Below are positions 53,037-63,714 of a stretch of 64,000 nucleotides of DNA, piece by piece. Position numbers and translations under genes: made by a program. Each line of letters begins with the position of its first letter. The stretch's first letter is position 1. The notes beneath the pieces were generated by a model. That model saw only the letters and a program-made list of their open reading frames with translations, ran no database searches and was not told where the DNA came from. The stretch spans positions 32,001 to 96,000 of the forward strand of contig CAVSLC010000028.1 in NCBI GenBank assembly GCA_963728565.1. The letters run 5' to 3'. Source of the DNA: an uncultured delta proteobacterium. Its GTDB lineage: Bacteria; Desulfobacterota; Binatia; UBA9968.

Positions 53037-53410
53037 ATGATCGAAGTCCGCAATTTACAGAGAATCTTCCATGTCGGGCAGCGGCAAGTAGAGGCGCTAC
53101 GCCGGGTCAATCAGGAAGTCCGCGAAGGAGAATTCCTTGTGCTCCTCGGATCCAGCGGTTCGGGAAAGACAACATTGCTTCGCTGTATTGCCGGCCTGGA
53201 AACTCCCGACGACGGCGAGATTCTCATCTCGGGGCAACCGGTGTTCTCCAAGAAAGACCGCATCTATGTGCCGCCCGAAGACCGTCAAATCGGCATGGTG
53301 TTTCAATCCTATGCGATCTGGCCCCACATGACCGTATTTGATAACGTCGCCGTGCCCCTGACCTATGGGCGCAAACGAATCAAAAAACATTTGGTCCGCG
53401 ATCGAGTTCT
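53037..53410 (+). pseudogene. Truncated ABC ATPase (N-terminal third only)
   Basis: GSSGSGKT, GMVFQSYAIWPHM; breaks before the LSGGQ signature; paralogue of 40077-41178. Confidence 0.8.
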
Positions 53411-53735
53411 TGCCGCTCATGGCATGGGGTTATCTGCATACCGGCTCTGTGGTATTTATCGCATCAAACATGGTGGCGGCGGCCAGGCCTCGAAACCCCG
53501 CCGGACCGCTTCGTCTCAACCGGACCTTACGCTTATACCCGCAATCCGATGTATCTCGGTCATCTGATGTACCTTCTCGGACTGAGTTTGGCATTACGCT
53601 CTTGGCTCGGCGCTGTGGGCACGATCGGCGTTGCGTTGCGGTCTCGCCGTTGAGTCATGGGCGATGAACAAGTTAGCAACCAGGCTCGGCAAGCCTTACC
53701 TGGAGTATAGGAGGAAAGTGCCACGCTGGATTTGA
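53410..53735 (+). pseudogene. Isoprenylcysteine carboxylmethyltransferase-family remnant
   Basis: VSTGPYAYTRNPMYLGH and GKPYLEYRRKVPRWI with frameshifts and an internal stop. Confidence 0.7.
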
Positions 53736-53977
53736 AAGAACAAAGCTGGGGATGAAAACGAAAGCGGAAAAGAAAGACGCGGGGGAGAGGGTGTCGTGCA
53801 GAAGGCGACATCAAGCGAAAGAGCGAAAAAACTTAAAGAGCGGAATTGCCTTTGCGAAACCCGACTGTTCAGATTTGATATGGACGATGATTTTATGATC
53901 GCAGAATCTTAGAGCCTTCGGAGCGTGACCGATGGCGCGTTAACATGGTCAGCACCTCTAAATCTAATCGATGGTGT

Positions 53978-54008
53978 GGTGAGAGGGCGGCTTGAGCCGC
54001 CTCTCACC
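53978..54008. terminator. GC-rich hairpin, probable terminator of 54063-54560
   Basis: GGTGAGAG(G)GCGGC-TTGA-GCCGCCTCTCACC; no clear U-tract. Confidence 0.5.
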
Positions 54009-54062
54009 GGTGAACCTATGGAATGATTCCGAATCGACAAGCGCACAATTCAACTACAAATC

Positions 54063-54560
54063 CTAACGATCGAAACGAGGATTGTTCCACCAGCTGTACC
54101 GGCTGTCACGGTGGTTGTTAGACCATCCACTCCGGCCGTGATCCCAACGATCGCGATCGTTCCAAGAACCGTACCTTCCCTGGTTTCCGCGATTGTACCA
54201 ATGATTGTCATAGCCGAACCTGCTTAAATCACGGCGCAGTTCAGAATGGTCGCGCCTTAGTTCGCGCCGGTCCCGCTCTATTTCTCTCAAGTCGCGCCTG
54301 ATTTCATATTTTCCCCGGGCAATCTCGTGCCGCGGGGCTCCCCGGCGTATGTCGCTCCGCAGCTCGGCGCGATCACGCCTGAGTTCAGCGAAGTCTTTGC
54401 GCAACTCCGCGCGACTCCTTTGAACATCACGGTGACTCTCCCGGATTGCGCCGCGCCCGGCACGATGCGAACGCCCGCTATCCGCGGAAGCCGAGTCGCT
54501 GAGCAGTAGCGCTAAAAGGAACCCAACCCCCAGCCAGACCAGAGCTTTACCAGTTTGCAT
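54063..54560 (-). CDS. Exported Arg-rich repetitive hypothetical protein
   Basis: AGGAGG RBS, signal peptide (ASA-D), ELRRD heptad repeats, W/N/R/G-rich tail. Confidence 0.75.
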   Translation of the reverse strand: MQTGKALVWLGVGFLLALLLSDSASADSGRSHRAGRGAIRESHRDVQRSRAELRKDFAELRRDRAELRSDIRRGAPRHEIARGKYEIRRDLREIERDRRELRRDHSELRRDLSRFGYDNHWYNRGNQGRYGSWNDRDRWDHGRSGWSNNHRDSRYSWWNNPRFDR

Positions 54561-54580
54561 GATTTTTCCCTCCTAAGCGC

Positions 54581-54609
54581 TTAGACGTAGCCACATCGTG
54601 AATGTTAAC
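54581..54609 (-). promoter_or_regulatory. Possible ECF-sigma promoter
   Basis: TAAC-N16-CGTCTAA about 20 nt upstream of ATG 54560. Confidence 0.4.
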
Positions 54610-55263
54610 TGGCAACGAACCCGATACGAAAATAACTACGGATCCGAAAGGAAATGTCTTACCAACTATCCTGTAATCCCGTGTGTAATACCTCTTACGC
54701 GCCGGCCAAAGTCGCTAGAGTTTCGGTTATAGAATAAAGCAGCCGATCTAGAATAAGCCCTGACACTCACGAGACCAGACCCACTCACCCGTTCAGGAGA
54801 CATTCGCCCCGGCTGCTTTCTCCCTCCGACAGAAACACCACCAATACTAAACACGCCTAGAAAAGACCGAGGCGGCTACAAAAGCGTCACGTGCTCACGC
54901 TCATGCCTGACACTAAGTAAACCCAGTCGAGGATTGCTCACGATATGAAAGGACTTGGGCGATGTTCCTCAGTCGATCAAACGGAGCAGGCGAGAGATTT
55001 CAATCGATCTCCGAAAAAGTGACCTGTGGGGACTTCAATCTAGCCGGTATCAAATCGATCAAGGAGCGGAGCGCCATCGCTGAATTCGATGCAGATCTTA
55101 GCCAAAAGCTATCGCGGCGAACCATCTGATAGCAGAAGAGTAGAATTGTTTAAGTCTTTCGAGCCGGTAGTGACACTGGGGGAGATTCAAGCCATCAAAG
55201 GCGCTACTAATTCGTTCGGTTTATGCGCTCGAATCGTCGCGCGACACCACCAAGCCGATTGTG

Positions 55264-56010
55264 CTATGCCACGGCGCTTTTGTATGCATGGCCGTTGCCA
55301 TCTACGGCGCAAATCTCGGCCACTGCGTCTCGATAGCACAGCCAGCTCATCAGTGCTTCTTGCATGGCTCTGACCACCGTCCCGCGCCTTGTCGGCTTGA
55401 CATGGTCTAGAATCGCGGCCCAGGCGGCAGTCCGGTGGTTTCCTTCCACCTGCCGATGCGCTTGGGTGAGCGCCAGATGTTCGATCGGCAGGCCGTAATG
55501 CTTGACCAGCGGATGCTCTTCTAGAGGCGGCGGCTCGACGGCCGCTGTCGACTCAATCGCTCGCCGTTCGTCTTTCGATCCTTCGACAAAGATCGTGACG
55601 ATCGCCGCAGCGATCTCCCAGCCATAGAGCTGAGTTGCGTTGTCGAGGTATTGCCGATAGCTCTTTGCCGCCGGCAACAGCGCTACGTTAGCGAAACGGC
55701 TTAGATCCATTCCCAGGCCGCGCGCGTATTCGAGAAAGAGCTCGGGATGGGGTCTACCGGCGACCAGTCCACCGGTCTCTTCTTCGTAAAGATTCTCTGC
55801 AAGACTGCGCCGAACTTGCGGGATCGGACAGCGCACATAAGCGCGCCCGACCATCACAGGAAAATCGCGGACGTAGGTGGCATATTCCTGTTCGAGATGA
55901 TGATGGAGAAGATCTTTCCGAACCCGCCCGGAGGTAAATGCCGGCCACGCCCAATGGTCCTTGCCTTCCATCACAACTAGGAGCTGTTCGCGAAAAGTTG
56001 CTCGATCCAT
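55264..56010 (-). CDS. PqqC/CADD/TenA-like heme-oxygenase-fold dimetal enzyme
   Basis: ENLYEEETG...HPELF, FVEG, HRQVEGNH ligand pattern. Confidence 0.8.
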   Translation of the reverse strand: MDRATFREQLLVVMEGKDHWAWPAFTSGRVRKDLLHHHLEQEYATYVRDFPVMVGRAYVRCPIPQVRRSLAENLYEEETGGLVAGRPHPELFLEYARGLGMDLSRFANVALLPAAKSYRQYLDNATQLYGWEIAAAIVTIFVEGSKDERRAIESTAAVEPPPLEEHPLVKHYGLPIEHLALTQAHRQVEGNHRTAAWAAILDHVKPTRRGTVVRAMQEALMSWLCYRDAVAEICAVDGNGHAYKSAVA

Positions 56011-56053
56011 GTTGCTCCCCCTTTTGCGAATGAATTCTCGCGAGGGTAGCTAG

Positions 56054-56069
56054 AGCAACTAGCATGCCG
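56054..56069 (-). promoter_or_regulatory. Possible sigma-54 promoter
   Basis: CGGCATGCTAGTTGCT (GG-N10-GC) about 45 nt upstream of ATG 56010. Confidence 0.45.
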
Positions 56070-56273
56070 GCCAAACCGGATCGTAGTTGTAATTTATTCG
56101 CGAATTTCAGAGTTCAATAGCAATGTTGTCGGTGGTTGTCCGGATAAATCGCTACCGGGACGAATGGCTGGGCGATCTGAGCGAGATCTGCGCCGGGCAC
56201 AGACGAGAAATGCGTCAGAATTGGCATGCTCGCGGGCAGATAAGCCAGGGAAGACCGAATCCGATATTTACCG

Positions 56274-57626
56274 CTATCGTGTTTTGGTCCGCATTGTCAC
56301 GAACTCTTCCGCAGCTGTCGGATGGATTCCGATCGTCGTATCGAACTGTGTTTTGGTCGCTCCACAGTTGACCGCAACGGCCAACCCCTGAATGATGTCT
56401 CCCGCATCCGGCCCGACCATGTGGCAACCAAGCACTCGATCGCTGACGCGGTCGACTACTAATTTCATCATCGTTTTCTCCGCGCTTCCGGTCATCGTGT
56501 GCCGCAACGGCCGAAATGAACTCATGTAAATATCGACCTCGAATTCACGGCGGCGCGCCTGCTCCTCGCTTAACCCGACTGTGCCGCAATTAGGCGCGCT
56601 GAAAATCGCAGTGGCGACGTTCTCATAATCGAGCATGATCGGTCTGTTATTGAAGAGGGTATTCGCCACGGCGGTGCCCTCGGCGATGGCAACTGGCGTG
56701 AGCATTAAGCGGTCCGTGCAATCACCGATCGCGTAGATACTTTCAATGCTCGAGCGCAAGTACGGATCGACAACAACCGCGCCGCTCTGTCTCAGTTCGA
56801 CCCCGGCGTTTTCCAGGCCCAAATCCCGAGTCTTCGGCACGCGGCCGGTGGCATAGAGAATCTGGTTGGCGTTGATTACGCTGCCATCGATCAGCGTGGC
56901 ATTCAGTATGTCCCCGTGCTTTTCGATTTGGGCGATATCGGTTTTGAAGCGAAGATCGATCCCTCGCTTGAGCATCTCATCCGCAAGCGTGAGCCGGATA
57001 TCGTTGTCGAAGCCGCGCAGAAACAAATCGCCGCGATATAGCTGCACCGTTTCCGCGCCGAGCCCATGAAAGATTCCCGCGAATTCGACACCGATGTAGC
57101 CACCTCCGACGACAATCACTTTACGCGGCAGCTCGGCAAGGTAAAAAGCTTCGTTTGAGGTGATTACGTGCTCGGATCCGGGAAATGTCGGAATCGAGGG
57201 CCAACTACCCACGGCGATCAGAATATATTTCGCCGTGTAACGCTTGCCGTTTACTCCGATGGTGTGCGGATCGAGGACTCGCGCGTGGCCTTCGATTATT
57301 TTTACGCCGGCGTCATCGAGCAGCTTGCGGTAAACGCCATTGAGCCGGTGAATCTCGTTATCCTTATTGGCAATCAGTTTCGCCCAATCGATGCTCTGTG
57401 GGCCCACTGTCCAGCCGAAACCGGCAGCGTCTCTAAAGTCGTCCGAGTAATGAGAGGCGTAAACCAGAAGTTTCTTTGGGATGCAGCCGACATTCACGCA
57501 CGTGCCGCCGAGAGCACTTTCTTCCGCAACCGCCACCTTCGCGCCAAATGCTGCGGCAACGCGGCTGCCCCGGACACCGCCGGACCCGGCTCCGATCGTA
57601 AACAAATCAAAATCGTACTGGGCCAT
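56274..57626 (-). CDS. gor: Glutathione-disulfide reductase
   Basis: [46 protein letters not shown]. Confidence 0.93.
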   Translation of the reverse strand: MAQYDFDLFTIGAGSGGVRGSRVAAAFGAKVAVAEESALGGTCVNVGCIPKKLLVYASHYSDDFRDAAGFGWTVGPQSIDWAKLIANKDNEIHRLNGVYRKLLDDAGVKIIEGHARVLDPHTIGVNGKRYTAKYILIAVGSWPSIPTFPGSEHVITSNEAFYLAELPRKVIVVGGGYIGVEFAGIFHGLGAETVQLYRGDLFLRGFDNDIRLTLADEMLKRGIDLRFKTDIAQIEKHGDILNATLIDGSVINANQILYATGRVPKTRDLGLENAGVELRQSGAVVVDPYLRSSIESIYAIGDCTDRLMLTPVAIAEGTAVANTLFNNRPIMLDYENVATAIFSAPNCGTVGLSEEQARRREFEVDIYMSSFRPLRHTMTGSAEKTMMKLVVDRVSDRVLGCHMVGPDAGDIIQGLAVAVNCGATKTQFDTTIGIHPTAAEEFVTMRTKTR

Positions 57627-57769
57627 GAAAACCGCCTTTCAAGGATGTCCGGATATGATAAAAGGTCCAGCCCCATTCCTCAAACGGTAAGACTGCTTCA
57701 CTGTAACGTCTTTGACACTTTACGGAATTTGATCGAGAATGCCGCACTTGCTCGATTCTCGTTTGCCAC

Positions 57770-59023
57770 TTGACCATGTCACCACCCTCCCAGAGAACAA
57801 CCGGAAGCCGACGTTTACTCGCAGCTATGAGCGCGCTGCGCCATCGCAACTATCGTCTCTACTGGTTCGGCCAGCTTTTTTCCGTGCTCGCGCAAAACAT
57901 GGAAGCTATCGCCCAGAGTTGGCTAGTGCTTGAAATCACCAACTCGCCGCTTCTCCTGGGCCTCACCGGATTAACCTTCTCGATTCCCACGATCGCGCTG
58001 ACACTGCTCGGCGGGGCGGTGGCCGATCGCACAGACCGCAAGCGGATAATGATTTTGGCGCAGATCGGTTCGGCCGTGATGTTTCTGTTACTGGCGATTC
58101 TGGTCGTATCTGAACGAGTGGCGCTCTGGCATGTCATGGCTCTGGCCTTCCTCTCGGGCTGCCTCAGGGCTTTCGACCGGCCGAGCCGGATGGCGCTGCT
58201 GCCGCAGATGGTGCCGAAACACGATATTCCGAACGCCGTCGCAATTGGCGGCACCATCTGGCAGCTAAACAAGCTTGTCGGCCCGGCGCTCGCCGGCATG
58301 CTGATTTATCTGATCGGCATCGGCGCGACTTATCTGTTCTGCTTCGCCGGTTCAGCAACCGCCATCTTCCTTTGGTTCGGCATCCGCTTGGATAGCCAGC
58401 GGATCACCGCCTCTGCGGGCGGCCTCCTGCAGAATATGCTGGACGGCTTAAACTTTATTCGCAAGGATGAAATTTATTACACCTTCATCGGCATGACGTT
58501 TTTCAACAGCGTCTTCGGCATGTCTTATATGATTTTGATGCCGGTATTTGCGCGCGACATTCTATCGGTGGGGTCCGAAGGCTTCGGTTTTCTGCAGAGC
58601 GCAGGGGGCGCCGGCGCTCTTTGCGGAGTTTTACTGGTCGCTTATTTCGGCCGAGCGCGCGGGAAGGGCAAACAGGCAATCAGCGGCGCTCTGGCTTTCG
58701 GCGCGCTGCTGATTGTCTTTGCGTATTCCAATTCGTATGCGCTTTCGCTTGCAATGGCGTGCTTGCTCGGAGTGGCAAGCCAGTTCTACATGACGACCAT
58801 TCACGCGATCCTGCAAGTCAACCTTCCCGATCAACTGCGTGGGCGCGTGATGGGCATTCATGGATTGGCCTGGGAGCTCATGCCTGTCGGCGGCATGATC
58901 GGCGGGGTTATCGCTGAAGTTAGTGGCGCGCCGGCGGCGGTCGCCTTTGGCGGCGTGATGGTTGCCGGGATGGCACTGGCAGTGGCGATATTCCTGCCGA
59001 GTATCCGGCGGTTGGAACAATAA
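57770..59023 (+). CDS. MFS transporter (MFS_3/EntS-like)
   Basis: ALRHRNYRLYW.GQ, GAVADRTDRKR, LRGRVMG; start may be ATG 57827. Confidence 0.9.
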   Translation: MTMSPPSQRTTGSRRLLAAMSALRHRNYRLYWFGQLFSVLAQNMEAIAQSWLVLEITNSPLLLGLTGLTFSIPTIALTLLGGAVADRTDRKRIMILAQIGSAVMFLLLAILVVSERVALWHVMALAFLSGCLRAFDRPSRMALLPQMVPKHDIPNAVAIGGTIWQLNKLVGPALAGMLIYLIGIGATYLFCFAGSATAIFLWFGIRLDSQRITASAGGLLQNMLDGLNFIRKDEIYYTFIGMTFFNSVFGMSYMILMPVFARDILSVGSEGFGFLQSAGGAGALCGVLLVAYFGRARGKGKQAISGALAFGALLIVFAYSNSYALSLAMACLLGVASQFYMTTIHAILQVNLPDQLRGRVMGIHGLAWELMPVGGMIGGVIAEVSGAPAAVAFGGVMVAGMALAVAIFLPSIRRLEQ

Positions 59024-59055
59024 CTCCGGTGTGTTAAGCAAGCCGAACAAGTGAC

Positions 59056-60039
59056 ATGGCGGAGAAGAAAGCCAAAAAGAAATCCGGCGCACCGCGTAAG
59101 CGACGTAAGCTGGCGGGCAAATCCACCGGACTGATGCCGAACGAACTTGCCGGCACAGCTCCCCCGGCTATTGAAAGTCTGCAACGCGCCGTCGAGGAAG
59201 ATGGCGGCAGAGTAATCAGCAGTTATCGCGAGCCGTTTGGCGGCCAATGGTTGATCATGGCTTCGTTGCCGATCCAGCAAGTCGAACCAACGCCCTATCA
59301 ACGCAATCTTTCCGATACTCACGTGCGCAAGCTCGAAACCGTCATCGCCAAGCTCGGCCGCTTCCTCGACCCGATCATCGTCGTGCGCGGCGAACCGAAC
59401 CAAGACGGAGTTCGCTATTGGACGCCCAACGGCAATCATCGTCTATCGGCGCTGCGCACTTTGGGCGCCAAGTCGGTCACTGCGATAGTAGTGCCGGAAA
59501 CTTCAACCGCTTATAAAATTCTCGCCTTGAACACGGAAAAGAGTCACAACCTCCGAGAACGAGCCCTTGAAGTGATCAAGATGTATCAAGAACTGGCGAC
59601 ACTCGATGAAGCGGCCGAAGATACTTATGCGCTTGAGTTTGAAGACGCCGCGCTCATCACCTTGGGCTTGTGTTATCTTGAACAAGGCCGCTTCAGCGGC
59701 GGCGCCTACCACCCGATTCTTCGGCGCGTTGATGGTTTTATCAAGAAGCCTTTGCAAGCGGCCTTGGAAATCCGCCGTGAGCGGGCCAAAATGGTGATGG
59801 ATTTGGACAAGAGGGTTTGCGAAAGAGTCGATACCCTTAAAAAGAGAGGTCTAACCAGCCCATATCTTAAGAGCTTCGTTGTCGCCCGCATCAATCCAAT
59901 CCGTTTCCGGCCAAAAGACGCTGCGCCGCTCAGCTATAATGAAGTGCTGGAACGCATGATCAAAGCGGTCGATAAATTCAACCCGGAAAAGATCAAGATG
60001 GAAGATTTGGCGAAGTCAGGTGGCGTGCCTGAGGACTAA
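59056..60039 (+). CDS. ParB/Srx N-terminal domain protein
   Basis: PTPYQR, FLDPIIV, NGNHRLSAL, LALNTEK. Confidence 0.75.
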   Translation: MAEKKAKKKSGAPRKRRKLAGKSTGLMPNELAGTAPPAIESLQRAVEEDGGRVISSYREPFGGQWLIMASLPIQQVEPTPYQRNLSDTHVRKLETVIAKLGRFLDPIIVVRGEPNQDGVRYWTPNGNHRLSALRTLGAKSVTAIVVPETSTAYKILALNTEKSHNLRERALEVIKMYQELATLDEAAEDTYALEFEDAALITLGLCYLEQGRFSGGAYHPILRRVDGFIKKPLQAALEIRRERAKMVMDLDKRVCERVDTLKKRGLTSPYLKSFVVARINPIRFRPKDAAPLSYNEVLERMIKAVDKFNPEKIKMEDLAKSGGVPED

Positions 60040-60565
60040 TAGTGAGAGTTGCTAATGCAGGAAATTGTTGCTCGTGCGCATATCCTTGCGACTCATTCTC
60101 GACAGTTCGTTGAGCAACAGTAGCGGTAGTGGCTCCTCTTTGCTCGCGGGTTTGCTTTGCAGCGTAAACTGCCACAGTACAAAATATGGTTCCCGCTTGG
60201 GAGAAATTCTGGAGAAGGATTCGGGACTGAGCTAGCGTCCGCTATTTTGCGTTAGATGGTCAGAATCGGATAAAACTCGGCGAGTAGTATAATCATAAAA
60301 ATCACCAATGTGGTTTCGCAGAGCCGGTAATATTTTCGAGATAAGTTAACCAAACGTGTGATTGCCGGCACGCCGACGCGAGATACCAGCCGCGAGAGCA
60401 TTTTCACCGCATCGTGGTCATAAAAGTAAAGGCAGTCAACCCAACGGGCAACCCCGTTATAAGCGAAAGATCCAATTGCCAGGGACGGGTACATGACACG
60501 CGAAGGATTTCCCGGCTCCCTGCACCACAGCAGCCGTCACAGTCGTAATACGAGGAGGATAAATC

Positions 60566-61302
60566 ATGCCTGAGATTGAGAAAGAATATCTTGTCGGAAC
60601 CGTCAGACCCACTAACCGGCCCGAGGCAGGTCAGGAGATTGATCTCGACGAAAGGATTCCGGCGAAGGTAAAATTCGTTAGCTTGACGATGAATTTCACA
60701 CGCGGCACCGAGGAAGAGTTCAAAACGTCGATGCCCGGCTACGAGGCGAAAGTCTGCCGAGCTGGCGAAGATGGGCGCCGCATCTAGTGCGCCCGAGCGG
60801 GGCACCGCCGTTTATGCTGCTCGGTTACAAAGGCGAGCATGAAATCATTAGCAGTTGGGAGAAGAAATACGGCGTTCAGATGTTTACTTCGGGGCAAAAC
60901 CATGTGCGCGCGCTACGGACCATGGGAATAAAGAAGTTCGTCGGTGCCAGCTACTTTCCCGAGAAGATGAACGCTATTTTCGACCGGTACTTTACCGAAG
61001 CAGGTTTTCAGGTACTAGGTATGGAAGGCATCGATTCTCCGTTCGCCGAAGTCCCGAACGTTCCACCCGATAACATTTTCCAATTCATGAAAGGCATCGC
61101 CGCTAAACACAAAGACGCCGACGGCATCTACATGCTCGGTTCGGCCTGGCGGACGCTGGATATTATCGATCCGTTGGAGAAGGACCTGGGGTTACCGGTT
61201 ATTCACGCAGGACCGGCACGATGTTGGGAGACGCAGCTACGACTCGGTCTGCGCTATCCGATGCCAGGATATGGAAGATTGCTGGCGGAGATGCCGGGGT
61301 AA
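60566..61302 (+). CDS. Arylmalonate decarboxylase / maleate isomerase homologue lacking catalytic Cys; frameshifts near 60755-60781
   Basis: GAGGAGG RBS; LEKDLGLPVIH, PGYGRLL; ORFs 60566-60787 and 60787-61302 join after removing single bases. Confidence 0.75.
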
Positions 61303-61549
61303 TCGCTAGGTGAGCAGAAAAGTTGCTTCGGAATCAAATCACGATACCGCGGGCCAGAAATGGAAAGAACGCCTGTTTTGTGCTTATGTTTACAAATGCC
61401 AAAATAACGGAGCAGCCTCCAACAGCCATCCTAAACGATATGGGCAATTAGGCATGGTGCATAGGGGCGGTTGGTAGGAATAATCTATTAGCCCACGAAC
61501 GCCAAGTCTAAATCACAGAATTTTCCAAAATACAGCGATAATCGCTGCT

Positions 61550-62538
61550 TCAATTAGCGCGACCCAGCTCCTCGTCGACTATCTGGGAGATTGCTTCAAC
61601 AGACTGCACACCCGAAAGCTCACGGCCGTTTATGAAGAATGTTGGAGTTCCGGTTACGCCTAAACTAGTGCCCTCGTTCACATCCTTTTGAATCGCTTCT
61701 TTATACTTGCCGCTAGTCATACATTTATCGAATGAGTCCTGCTTTAACCCGAGATCCTTGGCGTAAAACTTCAAATCTTCTAGGAGCCGCGTTTGGTGAC
61801 GATGCATAAAGCTTGTCATGATACTCCCAGAACTTGTCCTCATCGTCCGCGCAGCGAGCCGCCTCCGCTGCCTGCCGGGCGTGCGGGTGGATCTGATCTA
61901 ACGGCAGATCCTTGTGAACTAGTCGAACCTTACCGTCATAGCGTTTAAGCACCTCCTTAAAATTTGGCTGAACCGCTTTACAATACGGACACTGAAAGTC
62001 CTCAAACTTTACAATCGTGACTTCCGCCTTTTCGGAACCCTTGGAGGGGGCGCCATTGAGAGATAAATCTACTCGTACGAGCTCTGGAGGCTTTAAATAA
62101 GTAGTCACCTCTTCCGTTGATACGCAGCGTTTTAAAATATTCGATTTTCCGCTCGGTGATTTTCTGCTCGTGCAAATATTTGCGCATCTGATCGCGAACC
62201 TTCTCGAATTCGACCGGAATCCGCTCTTTGTTCTTCTCGTACAAACCCCGCATCTCCTCTTCCGAAGGCGGCTTAACTGAACTGTTGACCTCCTGTTCCA
62301 ACAGAGTTGCCACAGACACGCCTCGCTTCTTCGCCTCTTGTGTTACCAGCATCGCTCCGATGTATTCGTCGAGTTTCTCCTTCTCTAACTGATATAGTTG
62401 TTGACGTAGGGCTCGGAGCTGCTTCCCGCCTGACTTATCGAGATCAACGCGCGTGACGATAGTTCCGTCGATCTCCGCGACAGTTTGCGAGTCTTTGCTT
62501 GGCTGACAACTAGATGACGGCCCAAAGTAATAAGGCAA
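61550..62538 (-). CDS. DsbA-family thioredoxin protein with N-terminal SurA-like segment, two frameshifts
   Basis: VAEIDG..., FEDFQCPYC, AAEAARCA, GVTGTPTFFING spread over three overlapping ORFs. Confidence 0.85.
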
Positions 62539-62673
62539 GCAGAAATAAAACGGTAATTCTATGCATGATGTAAAGTAGGAACGTGCGAAGTGGCACGGAT
62601 GCGGAACTGAACCACTCCCGTTTATCTATCGGGAGGTGAGAGTCTTGTTCAGTTTGAGGATTCAGTTCACGAG

Positions 62674-63693
62674 TTAATATCCCTTGCCGGGTTCCCGTAC
62701 TAGCCTATGGTTAAAGCATAGATTGCCATCGATAAACTCGTTGGCGTACTTCGGATCACAGACTACTTTAGCCGTGATAGTTTTCGGATTGCCAGTCTTG
62801 GAAACTGCCGTCGGGTAAATTTTAGCCCAGTTCGTTACCTTGGTAGGGTTGCTCGGGTCACAGTTCCCACCGCCGCCAATTACGGGCACAAGCCACCACC
62901 TATCTGGATGATCTTTCATAAAGAAATCTTCGGCTCTCCCTAATGCGCTATTTGCCTGGCCCCTATTTTGACAAATCGGTGTGCCGATCTCGATTGAACC
63001 TAGATTTGCCCCGCCACCCGAGCATTCCTCGGCGACCTTAAACAGTGCCTTGATATCCTTGGCACCCGATGAACAGTCCAGAAAAGTCGTCCAGCAGGAG
63101 TTTTCACTATTGGTATCATCCTTTTGGTCGGGGTGTTGCATCTTTATCTGGGTAGTTTTTTCTTCCCCCGTGGCCCCGCAGACGTTTGACCATAGCGCTA
63201 TGGGGATCGCGGGCTTAGCTGTTATGGTAGCCACTGCGCTGACGTTCACGTTCTGGGTCCCCGGTGTGCTCATTCCAAGGAGATTCATGAGCGGCGTTAA
63301 GAACATCGGCGTTGTAATGCCGTGCCCGCCCTCGCGTGCGACTCTGACGCCATTGGCCGTCGCGATCGGCTCATTGTAGCGCTCAACAGTATTGGTGGTG
63401 AAGCTGTAATAAACATAACTCACGTCGGTCGATTTGAGCGCGTCGGCACCGCTCGCCACATAATCATTGGTTGCATTAAACGCGACAGCGCGTGCACTGA
63501 CCTGATTCGGGTCTCGCGACGGCAGCGCAGATACGGCGGCCAGCGCGGCCGCGTCAACAGCCGATTGTCCTTGGTTCCGCGTATAGGTTAATTGACCTGT
63601 GTCCAAACCAAGCCCGACCATGACCATGAGAAGGACAATCATTAGCGTTACCAGTACGATGACGGATCCGCTTTCGTCTTTTATACGTTGCAT
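62674..63693 (-). CDS. tadG: TadG-like pilus protein with Cys-rich C-terminal domain
   Basis: ESG + hydrophobic helix + GLDTG...QSAVDAAALAA; paralogue of 26639-27658. Confidence 0.85.
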   Translation of the reverse strand: MQRIKDESGSVIVLVTLMIVLLMVMVGLGLDTGQLTYTRNQGQSAVDAAALAAVSALPSRDPNQVSARAVAFNATNDYVASGADALKSTDVSYVYYSFTTNTVERYNEPIATANGVRVAREGGHGITTPMFLTPLMNLLGMSTPGTQNVNVSAVATITAKPAIPIALWSNVCGATGEEKTTQIKMQHPDQKDDTNSENSCWTTFLDCSSGAKDIKALFKVAEECSGGGANLGSIEIGTPICQNRGQANSALGRAEDFFMKDHPDRWWLVPVIGGGGNCDPSNPTKVTNWAKIYPTAVSKTGNPKTITAKVVCDPKYANEFIDGNLCFNHRLVREPGKGY

Positions 63694-63714
63694 AAACTTC
63701 TCCAGATCACCGCG

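Noticed and set aside
53640-53660. In-frame TGA in the ICMT-like fragment as selenocysteine
   Set aside because: Not a Cys-equivalent position; the gene is truncated and frameshifted.
54660-55260. Short repeats (CCTGACACT x2, CTCACG x3) in an unannotated gap
   Set aside because: Too short and irregular to distinguish from chance; no convincing ORF or precursor peptide.
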